This document shows positions 55,371-64,000 of a stretch of DNA of 64,000 nt, piece by piece (within the stretch, counting starts at the first letter, position 1; each line of letters starts with the position of its first letter). Source of the DNA: the human T2T-CHM13v2.0 reference genome, Homo sapiens; the NCBI RefSeq assembly GCF_009914755.1, contig NC_060929.1; one strand, given 5' to 3'. The notes under the pieces were generated by a model. That model searched no databases. It was not told the DNA's origin and saw nothing but the letters and a program-made list of their open reading frames with translations. Made by a program: the position numbers and the translations under genes.

Positions 55371-56092
55371 TAAAATGCATATGTGTGTGTAAAGAGAAAT
55401 TCTGTATCTTGACTTTCATTAAGTCTAAATGAGATTTGGACTTATATAATCAGAAGTAGGAAGGGAAAACAGAAACCACTCTAGGTATTTCAGGCAGGAA
55501 AAGAAGTTAATACAAGGAAGTGGATGCATACAAAACTTCTGTAAGGGCTATGAAAGGTCAAGGGTGAAAGTTCAAGGAAGGAAGTTCAGGGAAAGCCACA
55601 AACTTTCAAATTTGCTGCTAGCTTTCAGAGACAGAAGGTTTCAGGGACTACAGGAAACTGCTGGTGATGGTATCATCTGTTTCTAACACTGACGTTGATG
55701 ATTCACAGGGAGATGTCGGGGAGCCAATACAAAATCTGGTATTTGCTGAAACCCACACATTTGCTCTCTTCTGCAGAGTAGCATTATGTGGCTTCTACCT
55801 CTCTTGTACCTTCTTAATCTCATGTCAGTATATGATCTGGAACTCTGTTGGCAAAGATGCTGGAAAATGTGGTTTCCAGGCATCCAGCCCCCAATAATAA
55901 AAGGGAAGAGGGTAACAGAGAAGCTGTCAGATACAGCTAAAGAAAGAACTCCAAAGGCTGGAAGGGATAAAACTTTTGCCAAAGGAAGAGGTAAAAAACA
56001 TTACCTGTGCATAGATTCCTGATTATTGTAAAATACCTCCCACTCTAAGTCTTCTGTACTGTATGCAACTTCTCTTTTAAGGCGATACTTTG

Positions 56093-56392
<300 letters not shown>

Positions 56393-56584
56393 AAATAATA
56401 CTTTGTTAATTTGTTGTGGCTGCCTCATTGTTTTCTGGGCTTAGCCTAGCCGTCAGATTTCATTGACTACATACTCTTGACCATCAGAATTTTGTTTTTC
56501 ACATTTAAGGTGCCATCATGTAAAGAGAGAAATCTTGATAAATATGTTTGTCTCTAGGGTTAATTACCAAACTGTAAGAATATG

Positions 56585-56897
56585 ATCGTTTTGTTATCTA
56601 TTGTTGTGAAACAAACCACACTCCAAAACTTAGTGGCTTAAAACAATAATTTACTCCTTCTCATAATCAGTGGCATAGGAATTCAGGCAGGGTTCAGCTG
56701 GCTCTTCTGTTCCAGTGAGGATGGCTGGGTCACTCGCTCAGCTATAGTCAGGTGGTGGCTAGCTGAGCTACAAGATCTAAGGAGGATTCCCACACCTGTG
56801 TGGTGCCTTGGTGCTCCTCCACATGGCTTCTGTCCATCCATGTGGCTAACTTAGGCTCGGCACAATACAATCTCAGACAGTCAGGCTCCTTACACCG
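56585..56897 (-). mobile_element. Partial old MaLR LTR (MLT1G/H-like)
   Basis: ctattgttgtgaaacaaaccac..caaaacttagtggcttaaaacaat...ggaattcaggcagggttcagctgg. Confidence 0.75.
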
Positions 56898-57315
56898 TGT
56901 TTATACACACACACATTATACACATGTACTACGGACAATCTGTTAAATGGTAGTCAAGCCTAATGTCTTTTATTTTTTAACGAACATAAATAGAAAGAGA
57001 AGATCTTATATTGCTTTTATTACACTCTACTGTGGCAATCACTGATCTACTTTTCCATTTCAGTCTCATCATCCCTTTCTTAGTTTTCTTGTTAACTCCC
57101 TACCCTGATCCCTTCTACCTCCCACGAGGTGACACGGGGAGCTTACTCCATCTTTGTATCCTCTTCCTGTCACCTGGATTTTTCAAATATGTAATAGAAC
57201 TTGGCTTTGTTCCACACTTCACAGTAGGTATCTAGGAAATAAATACATCATGTACTTAGACCTGAGCATTGTGAGAGCTTACAGCTTGTAGTTGGGTAAA
57301 GTGGATTTGTTCTTC

Positions 57316-57627
57316 TTTTATTTTGTTTTTGTTTGTTTGTTTTGAGACAGGGTCTCACTCTGTCACCCAGGCTGGAGTACAGGGGCGCAATCAAGGCTCA
57401 CTGTAGCCTTGTTACACTCGACATCCCAGGTCCTCCTACTGCCTCAGCCTCCTAAATAGCTGGGACCACAGGTGTGCACCACCATGCCAGCTAACTTTTT
57501 AATTTTTTGTCTAGAGAGGGTCTTGCTATGTTGCCCAGACTGGTCTCAAACTCCTGGGCTCAAGCAGTCTGCCCACCTTGGCCTCCCAGAGTGCTGAGAG
57601 TACAGGCAAGAGCCACTGCATCTAGCC
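57316..57627 (-). mobile_element. AluJ SINE
   Basis: Antisense dimer with a (TTTG)n tail. TSD-like tgttctt. Confidence 0.93.
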
Positions 57628-57789
57628 TGTTCTTTTCTAAATGCTGCCAGCTACACATTTAGATCCCTGACACTTGTATAGATGTATACAGATACTCACA
57701 CATCCTCATTCCTCTAAAAAAATCATTTGGGAATTAAACACTGTTAAGAATCATTTGTGTTCTCACATCGAGTGGAAGTTTGAGGATAA

Positions 57790-57900
57790 CTTAAACTTTT
57801 AGGAGGCAGGCATGTGCCTTTTCATCTTTGTGTCTCCACATCTTTGTGTTCTCCCACAGGGACTGGCAAATAGTAGGTGCTTAATAAGCATTTGTTTTAC
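57790..57900 (+). mobile_element. LINE-2 3' terminus
   Basis: ggaggcaggcatgtgcctt.tcatctttgtgtctcc...cacagggactggcaaatagtaggtgcttaataa. Confidence 0.75.
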
Positions 57901-57928
57901 TGAAGGCTGGCCATTTCCATTTAACTAA

Positions 57929-58346
<418 letters not shown>

Positions 58347-59969
58347 TAATATACAAATAAAAGTCAAATCATCACAGAAAATATCGGATAGAAAATGAGG
58401 CAGAAAAAAATACTGACCATTGCACTTATAAGTGCTGTATCCTTTTAGTTATAAATACAAATTAATTTTCTTCAAGTCTAAAAAATCGTGCATGGGCGTG
58501 TGGAAACAGAAGGGAAGGACTTGAGGCACAAGCCAGGATGGAGGGATTCTAAGTAATGCATTGTGATCCCCTACGCATGTGTTGGCCAGGATGCTCTCCA
58601 AACAGGCCTCAGTAGAAAAGAAGAAGGAGCCCAGCTTCCTTTCTAATCAGACCTGAAGCTCATGTGTGCAAGCCCCAAGGTCCAGGCTGCCTGCAGGCTC
58701 CTGATAGCTTAGGCAGAAGCAAGGGAGAAGCTGATAGTGGGGCAGAAGACCTGGGAACCGCTAGGCAGCCTAGGGCCTCCCTTCTGGGCAATTCTTGTGC
58801 CAGATGTAATGCACACCTCAGGGGCCTGAGCGAGGGCCAGGGAGGGCCTCTCCCTTTTTCCATCATGTCTAATTGAACCCAGTTTCTGCCTGGCACCTCT
58901 CAGCTTCAAACGGGGGACTGAACAGTTTGTCGACGTGACAGTCCTGTGGCACTTTCTCAGCAGTATTTTGAAAGAAGCACTGGAGGCAGCGCCTCATGCT
59001 GAGAAGCATGAAACAGGCGCAGGGGTGTGTGTGGGTGTGGGTTTGGAAGGGAACCTGGGCTCTGACTGGATGCCATTTGTTTCTTTTATTTCAGGCTGCT
59101 GTTCTTGTTGTTTTTACGAAGACATTTTTCTCTCGCAAATGCAAAAGCTCGAGCTGTGTGGGCCATCAATTTCTGCCCCTTCATACAGACAAATCAGGGC
59201 TGCATGGTGGCTCGGCCTTCCTCTGCTGGGAAGCAGCCCTGGCTCACCTCACAGGGTGCCCATGGGCCGGCCAGCAGGGAAGGGAGTCCTGTAGGTGGCA
59301 GCTTCTGGGGGTGCTGCCAGAAGGCACTGGGTGCTTACCCTTATTGATATTGCAGAGAAAAAAAATCAGAATATTGCTAAGTAGTTTCAAGCCTGTCTAG
59401 CAGTCACAGAAGAGAATTCCTGTTAGATTTTCTGAGCTGAAGTCTGTATTCCCTAAGCCAGGCCCTCTTTCCAAGCCTCAGCCCCTCCACTGCGAAATGA
59501 AAAGGCACATGCCCTGGTTGCTCCCACTTTCTATCATCCCATGACCTCCTCTGGACTGGGAATGGTGGAGGTCGTTAGAAGCCTGGAAAATCCAAAAGAA
59601 TGGAAACCCCCAGTATATTCTTTTCGACTTAGAGGAGAATGTGTGCATCTACATACTGAAGCCACACCATCAAGAACTGACCCAGAAGCTTCCCCCATGT
59701 CTCCATCCTGCCCCCCTGAAATCCTGAAAATGTCTCTGCTCACCTGTCTAGAAGAATACACATGACTGTTTCTGCATTGGCTGTGCTCCCATCCCATCCC
59801 CGACTTCTCTTTCTCATTTGTCTATCTAGTTAGCCCTGTCTCTGATTGGGAGAGTGATGCTTGGTTTAAAAGACATCTCTGCAGGAAAGCTCAAGAGGAA
59901 ACAGAGAGGCTAATACATCAAGCATGTTTTAAAATAACCAAGGTGATACATATAATAACATCATGCCAG

Positions 59970-60140
59970 CTCACATTCTGTTGCTCTTACAGCTCCGTGT
60001 AGGTAAGACAGGTATTCATATCCCCACTGTACAGATGCAAATACTGACTCCATGAGATAATTGAGTTGCCCAAACTTTCAAGACCAGTTAAAGGCAGAAT
60101 GCGAACTGAAAACCAGATCTTCTGAGTCTTAGTGCCCCAT
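59970..60140 (-). mobile_element. MIR SINE
   Basis: tatccccactgtacagatgcaaatactgac...gttgcccaa...aaaccagatcttctgagtc. Confidence 0.7.
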
Positions 60141-61130
60141 TCACAGAGCTGTTTAAAATATGGATCATCTTTCTGGAGGAAACAGCTTTACCTACTCTGC
60201 TCACTTGCTCTAGGATTGAGAGGGTAGAGTGAAAGAAGCGGGGAGAAGTCATCTCAGAGTTAAAACTTTTTTCAGAACCATTTGACTCTTGCTCTGCTAT
60301 GCTTAAAAGCTGCTTCTGCATCTAGGGTTTACCCAGAAACCCATCATCACAAAACCAGTAGCTCCTTTTGTCATACGTAACTACTCGAAAGCATGCAAGC
60401 AGGGGTGATCATCCAATTACAAGATCAGCTTTCTGTTGTCCAAGATAATAAAGCCGCAGTATTCATGGGTTATGATTTGGATGGGCACCCGCTAGAGTGG
60501 CATCATCTTGTTGGCCATCTTCCCTGCTCTGATCACATCCTTTAGTACCTATAGAAATGTTGCAGCTCTTGCTACTGACTAATGGGACTATTTCATGTTG
60601 AATGTGAACAGAGAGAAACTAAGAAACTTGAATATTATAACTGGAATATGAATTTGGAAAATATTTAGATGTTCTCATTTATTCTAATTCAATACTTTAA
60701 GAAAGGGCATGGCTTCAGTTCTGATTCTGCACAATTTACTGGTAGATTTATGGGGAGGAACCCGTTTGGATTTGTTTCAAAATTTAACTTAAAATATTGC
60801 TGACTGGGTTTTTTTGGGGTTCATGTCAAGGTTTTTCTTCATGGTTTTGTTTTGTTGAGGTCCTGGGAAGGTCCATGAATATTTGGAGCATGAAGTAGAT
60901 CTGTTGAAAACAAAAACAAATCTTGAGAATGCTACTATTTTTTGAAAAATACTAAACAATAGGCTTCTGATGTTCATTATTTAAACAAGATGAACTGAAA
61001 GAATGTTTGTCAGTCCATTTTGGATTGAAAAATGTCAGGTTCTTCTTTTTTAAAGTTTGAAAAAGCATCTCCTTTACAATGGATTTTTAAACCCAAAGTG
61101 TACCATTTCATCCTCTAAAAATGTAACTGA

Positions 61131-61362
61131 CACCTGAGGTTGGGAGTTCAAGACCAGCCTGACCAACATGGAGAAACCCCGTCTCTACCAAAAATACAAA
61201 ATTAACCAGTTGTGGTGGTAGGCACCTGTAACCCTAGCTACTCAGGAGGCTGAGGCAGGAGAATTGCTTGAACCCAGGAGGTGGAGGTTGTAGTGAGCCA
61301 AGATCATGCCACCCAGCATGGGCACCAAGAGCAAAACCCCTTCTCAAAAAACAAAACAAAAC
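61131..61362 (+). mobile_element. 5'-truncated AluSp-like SINE
   Basis: Starts at cacctgaggt with the Sp diagnostic ctgaccaacatggagaaacccc and a (CAAAA)n tail. Perfect 13-bp TSD aaaatgtaactga at 61118-61130 and 61363-61375. Confidence 0.95.
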
Positions 61363-61964
61363 AAAATGTAACTGATGTGAACTTGGAACTATTGTGGCAG
61401 AAACAGTTTCTGGTTGTGCATTTTTGATTGGTGGGGGAGGTTTTTAGAGAGGTCACATTGAAAAGTCTGAAATATCCAAGAGTGCTCAGCAGAGCTTTTC
61501 CTGTAACTTGAAGGTATATAAAGCTGAAAGGCAGAACATAAAGAAGAGGTGCCAATGGAAATTCTATTTTAGGGGCATCCCTACCCTTCACCAAATGGGT
61601 AATTTTTAGTACACTTACCAGGTTATATTACTGTGCCAAAAACAGTGTGGTGGTTTTGAGTGTCTTTTTTTTTTCCACTTGGTTAACTACTTCTAACCTA
61701 ATGTTTCTAAACCACAAGAATTCAACTAAATGCTTTAGACTATGAATACCTCTTTACCTTTCTTCATCACACGCACATGCTCATTCCCTAATGGCAACCT
61801 GCTCATTCCTTTTAGCCTTCACCCCAGTAAAGCTGGTCATTTGGATATTATCTTTAACTGAATTGCTTCATTTTTGTTAAAAATTATTTAATGCAATCAC
61901 AGAAGATGTCTATTTATTAGAGATCTATTAAAGTAGCAGCTTTTAAATCAGATGGATCTCAAAG

Positions 61965-62090
61965 GCTCTCTGTGCTTCAGTTTTCTCATCTAAAAGATGG
62001 GCATAGTAACAAGACCTTCCTTAAAGGAGGCTAAGAGAATTACAACCAGCAGATGCCAGTGAAATCCTTAGTAAGTGTCCAATAAGCAAA
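61965..62090 (+). mobile_element. MIR fragment
   Basis: ctctctgtgcttcagttttctcatctaaaagatggg. Confidence 0.7.
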
Positions 62091-62439
62091 CCATGGGATT
62101 GTCCTAAGTTCAAACAGGCATCTTTCATTGTTTGGACCAGGGCTTTGCTGGGGCGGTAGGGTTAGGCAGGGACACTGAGATGTGTGTCCTTGGAGAACTC
62201 TGAGAAGGAGGGGGGCAAGAGCTCAGTAGCTCACTCTCAGGGAAGCTTCCAGTCTCCTTTAGCTTGTCACAACTGCAGAACCATGTTTTCCTTTTCAGAT
62301 CAAGAAACAATGTCTGCAGTCTCCCTTTCTCCTGTGCCTATGCTCAAGCTCCACACTGGCCCAGAGCTTCCTCCTTCAAGTCAATTCAAATAGTTACACT
62401 CAAGTAGCAGACAGAAACAAGCTTTCTCTTCATTTGTTA

Positions 62440-63052
62440 AATTTTTAAAATTGCTTCATCGTGATAAAATACACACAACATAAACGTTACCATCTTAACT
62501 ATGAAGTGTACCATTAACAATGTGTTAAGTATACTCACATTATTGTACAACCAATGTAATCTCCAAAACTCATCTTACAAAACTGAAACTCTGTACCCAT
62601 TAAACGACTCCTCATTTCCCCCTCCCTTATAAAAGTCTGACTGTTCTTGATATCTTACGTAAGTGGAATCATACAGTGTTTGTCTTTTTGTGACTGGCCT
62701 ATTTCACTTAGTATGATGTCCTCAAGGTTCATCTATGTCAAAGCATATGTCAGACTGTCCTTCGTTTTTAAGGCTGGATAATATTCCATTGCATGTGTAT
62801 TTCACATTTTGTTTATCTACTCATCTATCAATGGACACTGGAGTTGCTTCCATTTTTTTGGCTACTGTGAATAATGCTCTATCAACATGGTGTACAAACA
62901 TCAGTTGGAGTCCTGCTTTCTACTCTTTGGGGTATATATTATACCTATAAGTGAAAATGCTGGGTCATATGGTAATTCTCTTTTCAATTTTTTGAGAAAT
63001 GCCATAAGTTTTTCCACAGTGGCTGCACCGTTTTACATTCCCACTGACAGTG
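62440..63052 (-). mobile_element. L1MB 3' fragment
   Basis: aactgaaactctgtacccattaaac...aagtggaatcatacagtgtttgtctttttgtgactggc...ttttccacagtggctgcaccgttttacattcccac. Confidence 0.93.
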
Positions 63053-63854
63053 TTCTCTTCACTTTTATGAGGTGGCCACTCTTTCAGAAGGAGAGGCACT
63101 CTGGGTAAGATATGTGTCTAGAAATAGAATAAGATCAATCAGCCTTGATTCACGGAAGTGTCCTGTTCCAGCACCACCTTGCCAGGTGAAGTGAGTCACA
63201 AGCTCCCTTTCCGTTTCATTGTCACTGGCGGAAGGAAGTGATAGAGGTGGCTTCCAGCCATGCTGGGATGCCACATGCGTTTGCTGCTTGAGGAGGGACT
63301 TCCCATCTTTCCCTTGCTCTCTTTTCGCACACCTACTGCTAGGGCGCCTCTGACATAAGCCCACCTGCAACTTCTTCCAGGATCTGCTTCCACTTTGCCC
63401 CAGGAGCTACTTTTCTCTTTATCATTTTCTTTCATAGGATCTGAAAATGGTCTAGCAAAAGGTTGTTTCTTTGTTAGTCTCATGTTCTCGTGTCCATGTC
63501 AAATAGGGAAAATGAGGAAATTAATTGCTGTCTCTCTCAGGAACTCAGACCAACATAAAAATAAGACTCCTGAACTTAGAGCCTGTTTTGTCCACAAGAT
63601 TATCCAACCTGCAGCAAGCACCAGAACTTGCCTGAGATCCTGAGATCCTAGTCACCTGGACATACACCAAGATCTAGCATGGAAGAAGGGAAATCTGCAT
63701 CAGGAGTTCAGAGAAGGAAGAAGGATCAGTGAACTAACCTTAGCTCCTCCCTTTCAAATATCCACCTGGAAAAACAAAAATCTGTTCTCACCCTGGGCCA
63801 CAAAGCTTGATGCTTAGGAGGCAGGCAGCTTGGAGGTGTGTTTCACCACCTGCT

Positions 63855-63975
63855 GGTTGCATGACTGTGAGCTCAGGACTTCACCTTTTTGTGCCTCAGT
63901 TTCCTCATCTGTAAAAGGGAGACAAGAGTTGTATACCTTATAGCATTCAAAGCAGTTTTATCACCTCACAACAAC
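63855..63975. mobile_element. MIR fragment
   Basis: tgtgcctcagtttcctcatctgtaaaaggga. Confidence 0.75.
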
Positions 63976-64000
63976 AAATTCTCTCACACTAGAGGCTATT

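Overview
Primate (human-like) non-coding genomic DNA, intergenic or deep intronic. I recognise no intact protein-coding gene, tRNA, rRNA or CRISPR array. The short ORFs in the track are either chance ORFs or translations of repeat fossils (Alu, L1 ORF2, L2, hAT transposase). A large share of the window is recognisable interspersed repeat: about 12 Alus, ancient L1M/L2/MIR fragments, more than 20 solo LTRs (mostly MaLR: MLT1, MST, THE1; also MLT2, MER57, LTR33-like) and DNA-transposon fossils (MER2, MER5, MER20, MER33, MER53, MER103-like, and a long MER45R/Zaphod-type hAT element with transposase remnants). Subfamily names are from memory of consensus sequences and need RepeatMasker/Dfam confirmation. 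I found no convincing new biological system. The most interesting signals are scars of local templated copying: a ~77-bp copy that preserves the pre-THE1 empty site of the hAT element, a 25-bp inverted THE1-derived patch inside MER33, and two quasi-palindromes typical of template switching. Also notable are datable nested insertions with TSDs, candidate enhancer motif clusters (~45.65-46.2 kb and ~63.15-63.24 kb) and a hairpin plus G-quadruplex module at ~59.0 kb.
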